In this document: one piece after another, positions 12,801-24,810 of the stretch
How the letters are laid out: each line of letters starts with the position of its first letter
Numbering within the stretch: position 1 is the stretch's first letter
DNA from: Takakia lepidozioides
Lineage: Eukaryota; Plantae; Bryophyta
Assembly: GCA_030704615.1 (NCBI GenBank)
Contig: CM060733.1
Location: forward strand, 68,386,001 to 68,450,000
DNA length: 64,000 nucleotides
Direction: 5' to 3'
Program-made: the position numbers and the translations under genes
Notes under the pieces: generated by a model
What the model saw: only the letters and a program-made list of their open reading frames with translations
Database searches by the model: none
What the model was told of the DNA's origin: nothing

Positions 12801-14068
12801 TACCCGACATATGGCCGAAGTCTGGATCACCCTTCAGCGTCGCCTCGAATTCGTTGTTGCGAGTGTGCCAGTGGGTATCCCACGTTGACAATTCATCGGC
12901 AGTGGGTCCACGAGTTTCGCCGTCCTCATTCTCAATGGAAACGTAAAACGCTGCCGATCCCAGACGGTACCCTTCTCGAAATGCGAACTTGAGCTTATCC
13001 ACATCTCCGGGAAGGGCCTGCCTGACGATGGGAAGGGAGACCATGCGACAGAGTGGGATTCGAAGAGTCCGCTGGAATACCCTGCTGCCCAGAACTCTGC
13101 CAATGCTACTGTGTGTCTCCTCCAACATTTTATCCGCTGCACTTTTGAAATCCTCCGGAGACATGTCTGTAGGTGCCGGTAGTGGCTGAGCAGCTGGAGC
13201 ATCCTCAACTGGAGCTGCACTCTGGGGCTTGTCTGCGGGCAATTCTGCCATTGCAGAGGCCTCCTCCGGGCCTGCTTGCTCATCGGTGGTGAGGTCTTGC
13301 TGCGAACGTTGAGCGGCAGCACCCTCCTCCGGTACCAAATCGACAGAAACGGTCGATCCCATTGCCTTCGCTGCAGCAGAGTCGGCCCCAACATCTGCAG
13401 GCGGGAAATCCTCCAGGAACTGAGCTTCAGCTCGTGGAAGCGGTTTTGCGGGAGATTGTTCGGCCGTCGCCCTGATTGCCTTCTGCTTCCTCATCCTTGC
13501 AGGTGAAGGTGTCTGCTGCAATTGAATCTGTCTTTTACCAGGCTGCTTCATTCGCGTTGGTGGGGGTGAAGCGGCCTGAGCCGGTTCAGAAACCAGTAGA
13601 GGGACGGGCTGCTTCTTCTTCGACTTTGCTGGAGAAGGGCCCGACCCCTGCTGGCGATTCTCCATGACCGAAGAACGCGAGTCGATCTCTGGGGCTTTGA
13701 ACTTGCCCTTCGAAGCCGCGTCTTTGAAACGCACAGGGCTAGGCCCGGCAGGAATACCCGCGCTCGGGGATCGGGTGGGTGTACGTGCTGCAGCTAGCTC
13801 CTCGGACTCTTCCTGCGGCTCTTCGGATTCCTGCGATCCCTCCAGCACGTCCACCTTTCCTGTTAGGCATGCAAACATGTTCTGCATTCAAGTCTCCTAG
13901 CATTCAGTCTAAGAATTACAGAAGCAAAATGGGGGGTTCGGTGCTCGATCAGCTGCGCGCAGCCCGATCGCATGGAGCTCTCACTGGTGGCTGGGTTGCC
14001 TGAGTGGCCTGCTGCTCGGAGATGGCAATCTCCTCCTGTAGACGCATCTGCTTCCTCCCCTTCGGCAT
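9816..14068 (-). CDS. Multi-exon gene: low-complexity N-terminus, ParB/Srx-like domain, beta-class N6A/N4C DNA methyltransferase-like domain, acidic tail (possibly partly decayed)
   Basis: IPLCRMVSLPIVRQ...FFVWDGNHRLLAW (ParB GxHR motif, about 12760-13070); DMIILDIPDG (DPPY-like motif IV, about 11290); VLDLICGTG|ASMWAGRFSDRHLFAYEED (motif I-II across the intron at about 10580-10673); GT-AG introns e.g. 13984-13861 and 12631-12521. Start, end and some exon limits are approximate. Confidence 0.72.
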
Positions 14069-14505
14069 TGGCCTACGTCCGAAGTATAATTTTCGGAGCT
14101 TGCGACGAGGTCTCCTGTATGGTGCACGAACTCCCCCCCTCTCAGGTTCGAGCATAAGAAGAACAGAGACAGGGAAAAGGGGCAAAGAGTGCAGATGGAA
14201 AGGGCGCGAGAGGGGTGACTGAGGAGACACGACAAAAGTAGATGAAACGGCGGTGATGCACCACTTGGGTTCGAAAGGGTTGGACGAAAGTGTCTCCTCG
14301 TGGACTTTGCGTCATTACGAAATTCGAATCGTTCAGGGTACGCCTGCCGTCCGAAAAACAAACATCATTATCCAACGGTCAGGCCGCGCCGCCTCATGCC
14401 ACTTCAGTCAGATAGAGTGCAGACATGTGCTGCAATTCCGTTGCTCCACGTGTTCACATTTCAAGGCATTTCCGTCCCAGCGTCTGATGAGTTGGAGTGA
14501 AAATG

Positions 14506-16045
14506 CGAATGCGGCGCCGCATTTCCGTTAAGTACCATCACGAAGCTACACATCCGTACTTGTTGGAAGAAAATGCGGCACCGCATTTCCGTTCCACCTT
14601 CACATACCTTAGTTGTTGAACGGAAATACGGTGCCGCATTTCCGTCCCACAGCTCCATGTATGAGATACAAAAGGGAAATGCGGCGCCGCATTTCCGTTC
14701 TGGAATGTCGAAAGGTGCGATTCGGACGGAAATGCGGCACAAACATTTCAGTTCCCGTGGTTCATGATTTTCAATCTGAATCGAAATACGGTACCGCATT
14801 TCCGTTCCCCCTTCACATACCAGTTGATGAACGGAAATGCCGTTCCACATTTCCGTTCGGGAAAGTATAGAGGTCTCACCTGAACAGAAATGCGGTGCCG
14901 CATTTCCTGTCTGGAAAGTTTGAAGGTCTCACATGGATGGAAATGCGGCACCACATTTCCGTCCCACAGCTCCAGGCCTCATATACAAAACGGAAATGCG
15001 GCGCCGCATTTCCGTTCGAGAATGTCGGAAGATGCGACTCGGACGGAAATGCGGAGCCGCATTACTATTCCCGTTGTTCACGATTTTCAGTCAGAACGGA
15101 AATGCGGAGCCGAATTACTATTCCCGTTGTTCACGATTTTCAGTCAGAACGGAAATGCGGTACCGCATTTCCGTTCTGTAGAGTATTAAGGTCTGACCCT
15201 GGCGGAAATGCGGTGCCGCATTTTCGTTCCACAGCTCCATGCCTCACATACAAAACGGAAATGCGGCGCCGCATTTCCGTTTTGGAATGTCGGAAGGTGC
15301 GACTCCGACGGAAATGCGGTACCGCATTTCAGTTCCGATGTTTCACGATTTTCATCAGAACGGAAATGCGGTGCCGCATTTCCGTTCTGGAATGTTGGGA
15401 GGTGCGACTCGGATGGAAATGCGCTGCCGCATTTCAGTTCCGATGGTTCACGATTTTCAGTCAGAACGGAAATGCGGCACCGCATTTCCGTTCTGGATAG
15501 TATGAATGTCTCAAGCGGTCGGAATTGCACTCGGCTCCATGCATCAGATACAAAATGGAAATGCGGCGCCGCATTTCCGTTCTGGAATGTCGGAAAGTGC
15601 GACTCGGACGGAAATGCGGTGCCGCATTTCTGTTCCCGTTGTTCATAATTCTCAATCAGAACGGAAATGCGGTACCGCATTTCCGTTCCACCTTCACATA
15701 CTGTGCTTTCTGGATGGAAATGCGTTACCGCATTTCCGTTCTGGAGAGTGTTAAGGTCTCACCCGGGCGGATATGCGGTGCTGCATTTTCGTTCTGGAAT
15801 GTCGGAAAGTGCGACTCGGACGGAAATGCGGTGCCGCATTTCTGTTCCCTTTGTTCATAATTCTCAATCAGAACGGAAATGCGGTACCGCATTTCCGTTC
15901 CACCTTCACATACCGTGCTTGCTGGATGGAAATGCATTACTGGAGAGTATAAAGGTTTCCCCCGGACGGAAACTCGGTGCCGCATTTCCGTCGCTCTGGT
16001 GCATGACCAAGATGCAATACGGAAATGCGGCGCCGTATTTCCGTC
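14506..16045. repeat. Palindrome array 2: about 30 copies of (C)GGAAATGCG-N4-CGCATTTCC(G) at a 53-bp period
   Basis: AAATG starts at 14571, 14624, 14677, 14730 ... 14888, 14941, 14994, 15047, 15100, 15153, 15206, 15259, 15312 etc.; about 5 recurring spacer types. Confidence 0.95.
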
Positions 16046-16459
16046 CACCAGCAATCGAAAGAATCACTCGGGACGGGAAATCTGGAACCTGAATGGGTTG
16101 CATTGTTCCGAAACAACACAATTGCGGCCAGTCTTGATGAGCACAACTTGGTTGTCTGACCGTTTTAACTAACAGTACTGGCACTTGTCAGTGCGAACGT
16201 TCCTGTCTGCACCGAGAATACTGCTGGATCCACCCTCAGGAGAAACTGTCAGGAGATGTTATTTCGTCGCCGAATCGGCCATCATTGTCTAACTTACTGG
16301 CTATGGAATCAAACCTCCCACCTTCATGCATGTAGCTTGAAACAATACTTTCCACTTCAATGTGCGACTTCCAATCGTCGATGGACTCCGCATGGTGCCT
16401 GTGAGCCTTGGTCTGTCGCTATACTGAACCTCGCACTTGCCAACTTCGTGCGGTGTTCG

Positions 16460-19400
16460 ATGGCTCCGAATTCCTACGCTATAGTTTGCTGTCCTCCGCA
16501 ACTTGGGAGAGCCTGGATCCCAAACGAGGGAGGACTTTGCAGAGTGACTGAAACTTACCTTTGTTCCAAATTCAAGCTCAAACCGGGCACAGTTTATTTG
16601 GAAGAAGAAAGGAAGGATGTTCCTGGACAGGTTGACGAGACCATTGTCGTGCTAGGTAACGACGGAGGTTGCGGAATCGAATGGCACGTACCCCCATCAG
16701 ACACCATCCTGTACCGAGCTGTGGGAATGCCCATTCCCTTTCCGAATCAGTCGCTGCCCACACCATCCACAAAGGAGTCCGGAAACCGACAGGCGGCCAC
16801 TGCCAACAGAGAGGTATGCAACGATAATCATTCCCGACCTGGACCGTCAAGACCCTCCATAGCTTCTCGTGTGGACGTATTCGACATTTCCGACGAGGAA
16901 GATGATTGCATTGAGGTACCCATGTCCTCCACACGGTCGTTCAAATCCGGCATGGACGTCTCTGTAGGTGCTACGCATGTGCCCTCGAGCATAACTCCAA
17001 CCCGGTCCATTGTGCAGCTCCTACGACAACATCACCTCGATGGTTCTCGCTCCGAGCTGGCTGCTCTCGACTATGCCAAATTCCCAGTCAGAAAGGTAAC
17101 GTTTCTGCCTCCCGAAGTCGATGGCAATGTCATCTTCGAGTTTCCACCTGTTTCTTCGTCAAACAAAGCCTCCGGGATGTTAACAGACATGGATCGAAAG
17201 CATGACGGACACCCCTGGTGTGTGACGAAGACCAGTAGCACGAAAATTGCTGATGGTGTTCGTGTACGATATGTCCTCTGTGCGGGGAAGCTGAGGTGCC
17301 TCAATCCCACCTGCTTCCACTTTCTCTCCAAAGGAGGGCGGAGAAACGAGACGGATTGGACTGGCACAACGCATCATCCATTCATTGTCTCCAGCCAAGC
17401 TCCTGCGGGTTCTTTCAAGTGTGCACATTGCAAAGAACCACCGACGTGCATGTCCATGTGCAGAGCCAAGCAATATTACGTAATCCATTTGCTCCCGGAC
17501 TTGACTAGAGCTTGCATACACGTTGGGGTCCACTGCCACCCCTTGGCGAGAGGCAACATGCGTGAGGCTGTGCAGGAAGCACACGACATCATAAAAGAGG
17601 AGGTGAAATTGAGCCCCGGAGCCAGACCAAAGCAGATTCAGCTGAAGGCAGCCCACAAGATTGCTCTTGGCAAAATCATGTCTGAAGATGGTTCCGACCG
17701 AGAGCCCTTGACCGAAGACGAGATGCGTGACCTCTTGGAGTCCGTCTCGCACGTTTGTAGTCCGAATGTGCGGAATCACATCGTATCTTGCAAGCAGGAG
17801 TTCGGCAGGGGGTCGGACATGTACTCAATCCTGGAGGTGAAACGAATGACTGGATATGACTACATCCAAGGTAGCAGGTTTCCAGGGCAAGGCAGCGAAT
17901 CCGATCGTTGTTACATTTTCAAAATGTCGACGTGTGGGCCTGGGAGTGGAGTCGACTTGGTCACTCGCATGACAACTGGAAACTTGTCGAATGCTTGGGT
18001 GATGTTTGATCACATCAAGCGAATTACAAACCATCAGTGGGTGACTATGGGTGCGCATGTTTATGACTATCACTCCAAGAGGCTCATGACGATTGCAATC
18101 TGCGAGATGAAAGGGGAGGACACACAGTCCGAGATGCATCTGTGGGAGGGCATAAACGAGCAGATGGCAAGGGCGGGATTGCCAGAGCCCAATTTCAGGG
18201 GATTCATGGCAGACAACGCTCAGGCCAACTGGGCAGCGGTGCGGCGTGTGTACGGTGAGGACCCCAATGTTCCAATGGAGGGGAAAGAGAGATCCTGTGG
18301 ATTCCATTGGATGCAGAGTCTATCCCACTACACTACCAAATTTGTTGCTAGCTCATTCCAGGCTGAACACCGTGTCCTTTGTACGGCGTGGAAGGATGCA
18401 CCCACATTTGATGACGCGGAGGTTAAGTTTGCTATCATCGAGGCTTGGTGGAACACGTCAGGTGCAGTGGAGACAACCAATCTGGGAGCATTGCACAGCT
18501 GGTTGGGGTGGTGGCATTTTCGGTATCGACAGTTCGGACAGTACATGCGGGAGGTAGGCTGCTGTCATTTTCGTTCATTTGTCTTTCTGTTACGGACATT
18601 TCGATTGGTCCCTCACCATTGTTTGTGTCCTTCTAGGAGCGGTGCTTGGATTCCGACACGGACATGCCGAACACGAATATGGCAGAATCGGTCCACTCCT
18701 CCTGGCGAGCGTCTTCTGCCGCACATCTGGTGGACGTAGTGACGGCCACAACGGAGGACATCGAGAGCAATCATGCAGCAAGCCACGTACTACAAGTTCC
18801 TGAGCGGCAAAAAATGGGGCTTTGGGCCGGACAGGGAGGAATTGTTGGTACGAACAGCTTCGAGGTCCAAGAATCCAGTGAAATGGGCGACAACATTGCG
18901 AGAGAAGATCAAAGGGACGCCTCTGCACCGCAGAGGTGAACACCTAGAGGGGGACGTCCGGACTCGCCCTGTCAGGCGGAGGATTGAAGAGGAACCCGGG
19001 TGCGAAGAGGATTCCTGGAGATCCGACAGGAACATTCGGACAGCACCTCGAGGTCCCGTCATGTTGCCGCACAATGTGTCTTCCAGCAGTGGAAGCCCAA
19101 GAAATTCCAGATCGCCGTCGCCTTCAACCGGGGATTTCGTGCGAGAAATTCCCATCGCTCCCTTGCCCCAGATTCCGCCCGCTGTTATGCAGTATGGCCA
19201 AGCCATTGTGGAGACGACTGTGTCTGCATCACAGTGGAGAATTGCTCGCACAAAGCCGTCGTTTCGAGGAAGGTGTTCCGCAATTCGTGTGGATACACGG
19301 CAACGTTGTTTAGAGATGATAAGGAGGAATCCAGATGGGGCTGTCCCTGCTCCTACTTTTACATGAAGATTTGTCCATGCAAAGTTTGCGGAGGCGACAA

Positions 19401-20035
19401 CCACCCAGTTCTGGTTCTGCAGGCACGACATTATGACTTGCGTGTATGGAAAGCCCAAGTACGGCATACAAACAATGCCAGAGGCTCCCCCGGTGTGGCC
19501 GGTGGAACCAGGCTGCGATCTGAGTCAGGTTGAGGCCGACGCCCTTACCGCCGCAGGATTTCGGATGGTGCAGCGCACTGACGTCCCCAGACAACCATTT
19601 CCGCTTCCACAGCCTCCACCACCGACCCCTGTGAGAGCAAGAACAATGGGACACGACAGCTCTAAGCATCCTACACACCGTTGGGGGAAACCGAAGAGGC
19701 GGCGACCTCCCTCAAAAGTGAACGAGACAAGGATGGGGAATGCATTTCGGATGAACTGTACAATCCAGAGCTCGACAAAGTGCCCCCACCAGGATTCGGG
19801 CGTGTGTATCAGATGGCCACGGCGGGCTCAGCTGTTCGCAATGAGGTGTACACCATCACCATTTCAGAATTACCCACCTGCAATTGCACCGACTTCCAGA
19901 TCATGGCGAACAAGGGGGCATCATACTGCCCTTGCAAGCATTTGTAATTCCACAACTCATCACTTCATACATGCACCAGGGTTGAGCCCCCAGGAGGTTC
20001 ACACTCTTCTGAATATGGATCCAGGGGACCAGTGA
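16460..20035 (+). pseudogene. MULE transposase with GCM-like Zn-binding domain, DDE core and C-terminal SWIM finger; intron 18554-18636, several frameshifts in the 3' exon
   Basis: DGHPW..CAGKLRCLNPTC..CAHC..C..HVGVHCH (WRKY/GCM1-like); WVMFDH..FMADNAQA..SCGFHW (MULE D, D, CxxH); PNTNMAESVH (E); PTCNCTDF..PCKHL (SWIM). Confidence 0.88.
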
Positions 20036-20785
20036 GCTTGGCTTGCGGTCCCAATACAATGGTACGCCCATCCTTTTCGGATAGTAGAACTGTACTGCTG
20101 CCAGTACCTCAGACTCTGGCCACAGAAAGGTCCGACATATGTCTTGCCTACCAGTAACCCGTTTTGCTCGAACTAAGATATTACTATATCGTTCACTTGT
20201 TTCCACGTGCATGTATTTTTGTATGTTGGAGGGTTCATGTTTTTCTGCTTTCCGAAAACTTGCTTTCCTCATTCGACCTCCGACAAGGAAATGCGGCGCC
20301 GCATTTCCAAGTATCGTCGTAGGTACTGGTAGAGGCGGCCTTCGCCAACACCAAACCGCTCCGAAATTTCGCACGTGCGAACCCTAATGCAGCACCTTAT
20401 TTCCCAGTTCAGTTGCAAACCTTTCCCGCCGAATACCCGAAGAAGACAGAATTGTGAAGTACTGCAGACTGTATTGGTGCAGACTCCATTGGTTCAATCG
20501 CGGCAAAAGGGTCAGCTTCATTCCAATGTTAAGGCATGTAAAACTGCGGAATACTCTATACAGGCCAGTATGCGACGTCCTTTTGCAGTGGTATACTGGA
20601 TTTCCCGTTGCACGGTCACTTATTTCCATGAGCGGATCTATAAAACCATGAGCGGACTTGTTACTGACGACATATCTTCGCCGCATTACATGATCTGGAA
20701 CGTCCAAAAACGGCAAGGTCAAATAAAAAAACTATTATTTTAATACTTGTTTAATCTGCCGCATTTCCAAATTTGGAGGAGTCTG

Positions 20786-20887
20786 CTCATGAAATCCGCG
20801 TATCTTAGACTTCGGCTCACCGCTCATGCGGCTCATGCGGCTCATGGCTCATGGCTCATGGTTTCTGCTCATGAAATAGTAAACCTC
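20786..20887 (-). repeat. Right TIR plus inverted (CATGAGC)n subterminal repeats
   Basis: gctcatg tandem copies ending gctcatgaaatagtaaacctc. Confidence 0.85.
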
Positions 20888-21082
20888 ATGTCCATGGAGG
20901 GGGGTGGAATTAAGAAATTACCTAAGCAGTCCACAGCCAATCAGGAGTGAGAATTATATGCAGGTGGTTCCCTCCAAGAAACAAGAACAAGAAATAGGAA
21001 GTGTTATGAGCGGAAGAGTCGGAGTGGCTCTGAATAGCCAAGGTCTCGACGGAAGGGGCAATCAAAACACTAGTTTTGTAAC

Positions 21083-24000
21083 TATGGCAGATGTAACGGA
21101 TTACACACTTGCTTTACTTCTCACACAGTGGCGCAAGGACGGAAGCATTGAGAGTACATTTTCTCTCACTCGATACTTGCAAGCCCCACAGGCTTACACG
21201 CACTTACCTGTTCCATTCTGTGCCAACCATACCTTCATGCTCTGTGCCCTGCAAGCTTTCCTTCAGCTGTTTCAAACAAAGCCTTTTTGTTTGTCTAGAA
21301 TGAAGAGAGTGAGGGGAATGGAGGATATCAGGGTGAAGAGCACCACAATTCTGCAGAAGCAAACAATTGCAGCACCGCAGGCAGTACAGCTGCTAAGGGA
21401 GTTGCGATTGGAGGGGCTGCTACGCAAGGACTGGTCCTTGCATCATCGGCAGTATATGATTCAATTTCTTCATAACTTTGAGCCTCGGACGGGAGTTACT
21501 CAGTTGAGGGGAGTAGATATAGAAATTACTCCCTAGTACCTGCAGCAATTGTTTGATTTGCCATCAGGTCATGTGGATGTGGATGAGCACAGGGCAAGAT
21601 TGCAGATAGGGAATTTTTTCCAAGAAGGGAGTTTCTTTAAAACTCAGGGTTACGCTTATACCAAAGCCGAGTACCCAGGGCTTAGGGAAGTTGGCCAAAT
21701 ATTGAACGTTTTGTTTGCCATGAAACAGAACCAACAGTATTTGAGCAGGTCATTCACAGAGGAGATCCTGAAAGATTTGAGGGGAGAGGATGTCGCTTGG
21801 GCGGAGTTAATGTACAATAGACTGGTGGACGAGATGAAGAGGTTGCAGGGCACTGCTGCTAAGTCTCCGATCATTGTGTCTGGTCCAGTCATTGCCCAAA
21901 TCATTCTTGATTCTTGCATACTTGATACTCGGGAACGTAAGGAGATGGGAGTGTTTGAGGCATAAATCACTGCAATTGAAGAGCAGGGTTCTTCACATAG
22001 TGAAGGTGGACTGGCAGGGCAACACCGGTCTAAGAGACAGAGGCGGGGTATGACTGTAGTGGCGGATCCACTGGCTTCACGGAAACCGCATGATAATGTT
22101 TCCCAAGCTCTTGTGCAGGATGGGGCACAGCAGCACAGAGAGCTGTTATTATTGGAAGCACGGCCTTCGGAAAGGGAAGAGGAAGTCACTTCGATACCAC
22201 AGCCACCACAACCAATTGACTCAGTTGTTTTAGAGGTTCCACAGTTAGTACATGCTGTGACATCACCCCCAATTGCTCTGGAAGGAGAAAGGTTGGACAT
22301 TCCCACTACAGAGCAGGTCGTGGCCGAAATTGAGAAGGGTGACCTTCTCTATGAAAACTCTGGCTTGGTAGGGGAATCAATGGTTCCAGAGGTGCAGTGG
22401 TTGTCCAGGGAAAACCCTGCTGTGCATGTAATACCCACACCTGTGATGGAGGTACCAAGAGTAGAATATCAAGACACTGCAGCACCTGTGGAGGATGAGG
22501 TGGTTCAAGTCAGGGAGAACAGCAGCAAGTTCACCATGATGACCCTCAGCAGGCCATGCTTATGAGGTCCATAAGCAGGACACTTAATTTGTTGGGCACT
22601 TATGTGAAATCCCATGTTCCATCTACCCAATTGGCAGCTTTGAGGGAGGAACTCAGGAAGGAGTTTGAGGCTCGAATTGCCACTGAGTGTGCTAACAAGA
22701 TAGATGAGGAGGTCAATCTCAAGTTACAGCAAGAGTTGGAGGACACAAAGACTGCTTTGCAGTTGGCCAAGGGACATTTGATTGAAGCAGGCCTCGAGCT
22801 GGACCAGTTGCATGAAGCATATAAGCAACAGTTATACCAAATGTAGGTGAAGCATGAGGGCAAGTTGCAAGAAGTGAATGTACTACATACAGAGTTGCAG
22901 GCAGAACATGAGAAGATGACCATACAATGTGCTACACTCACAACTACTCTTGAGCAAACTGCATTAGAAGTTAACAGACAAGGGGAGAGATGTATGAAGG
23001 CAAAAGCAGAGATAATAGAGCAAGCGAAACTCATTGTTGATATGAAGAATACAATCTGTCGCAATGAGAATACTTTCAAACAATACAGACAGGTTGAGGC
23101 TGACCAGGAGAGGTACATCCTGGAGTTGCAACAAACAGTCATGGTCAATAGAAATGAACTCTCTGTGGCTAATAAGGCTTGGAAGGAAGCCAATAATCTG
23201 GCTGCTGCCTATGTGAGTTTGGTTGAACCTCATGCGAAGCGCATGGAGGCTTTACAGCAGCAGTTAGATGTGTACAGACTCACGGAGGAGCAGACTCTCA
23301 GGGGTGCCACACACGACTTGGTGGATAACCACCTTATGCAGGTCTGGTTAGCACAAGGGCCGGTGGAAGCAAAGCACCACGGAAGCTCACCCAGGGCGAG
23401 ATGAATGAGCTCAGACTACAGGTGCAGAACATTGCCACAACTACTATAGACAATGTCTATAGTAGGATAGCGGAGCTACAGGAAGATGTAGAAGGCCTGC
23501 AAACTCAGGTGGATGACCTGAGTTCAAATATTGACAAGAGAGTCTTTATACCTGAGGAGCAGCTGATGGCTACTTATTTACATGCCAGGACTCTAATTTT
23601 TCAGTTTTCTTCGCAAGGGGTGCAGGAGATGCCAGTGGTAGAAGGGCCAGTGGTACCAATACCACAGCAAGTGACTGTGAAGGTAGCTGACCCTGTTGTT
23701 ACTACAGCCACACCACAGCCTGAGGTATGGGGGGATGCTGCTTTTAACCCACCTAAGACTCCTGCTGCACGGGAGTACAGTCGGGCTATGAGTATGCCCT
23801 TCAACCAAATTCCCATTGTATTGGATTTGGCTTGGAAGGAATTTAGTCCTCCGCAGTCGTTGGCACATTACTACCAGATCATGCGCATTTGGCTGCCAGT
23901 GGCAACTAGGACTAAGGTTCTTCCGAACAATCGACCCATTGAGGATCATCACTTTGCGTGGTACTGGTCTGAAGCAGGTACCATGTTGAAGGAATTAATT

Positions 24001-24570
24001 GCCTTCCAAGTTGTACATGGGTACATTTATACCAAGACCAAGGAGGTATCAAGTATTGTCATGGGCTGTGGATTATATTATGCTGCTTGTTTTCTAGCAC
24101 GTTATCACATTGAGCAACAGAGGATGCAATCCCGATTTCTGAGTTATTCCAGTGGGGATCATTGGGTCTTACCTTCAGTGCCACCTCATATGTACCTATA
24201 TGATGCGAAAGTTATGATGCAGAAGGATTCCCAACTTCGTTCATGGTTTCATTCGGCTTGGAACAATTTGACAACACAGAAATTCGGCCCTGAGGATATT
24301 TTCTTTAAGGGACATGAGGCATGGAAATACTTACACTGTTCCAAAGTCATTGGCACATCTCTTACCTATATAGATAAGGAGTTGAGGACGTTCACTAATT
24401 TTGCTTGCCAGCGCTTACAACAAGTTGTACAATTTAAACTTCCAGATATGGTCGGACCACATTGTATGCCACACAGAATTCCACTTAAAGTTCGGTCGTT
24501 AAAACACCTAAGGGGAGACGAGGATTCTGATACTACTGTTTCTTCAGCGGACTCTTTTGACATGGCATAG
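21083..24570 (+). pseudogene. Gypsy A extra 3' ORF (about 1100 aa): N-terminus resembling plant-mobile-domain/Athila ORF proteins, then coiled coil
   Basis: Consecutive ORFs broken by single stops (21534, 21963, 22844) and two frameshifts; IQFLHNF..LRGVDIEITP..LFDLP and W..LM..L..GPVIAQI pattern; E/Q/K/L heptads at 22600-23550. Confidence 0.6.
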
Positions 24571-24810
24571 GACTATGCACTTCAGATGGCAGAGAAGAAA
24601 CGACGGGGATCTCCTATGCCTGAGAGGTTACCTTGTTATCAGCCAAAGGAGGGTCAGACATTTCCAGGTAGTGCTCAATCATCTCCGTCAACCAGTGACA
24701 GGACTCGAGCTCGCACACGGAGTCCTTCACGAGACTCTCACCGTCAGAAGGGTGCTCGCTCACAAAGGTTTGCTAATCCCAAACAGTAAACCGTGAGGAC
24801 ACGGCTTTTT

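Larger units (their letters stand above)
6437..20887 (+). mobile_element. Complete 14.45-kb Mutator-like (MULE) DNA transposon with cargo genes
   Basis: Left end GGGGGCTGCTATTTCATGAGC vs right end (reverse complement) GAGGTTTACTATTTCATGAGC, 17/21 match; 9-bp TSD ATTTCCATG (6428-6436) / ATGTCCATG (20888-20896); MULE transposase at 16460-20035. Confidence 0.88.

Noticed and set aside
14506-16045. CRISPR array (regularly spaced palindromic repeats)
   Set aside because: Spacers recur as a few types instead of being unique, there are no cas genes, and the context is a eukaryotic transposon
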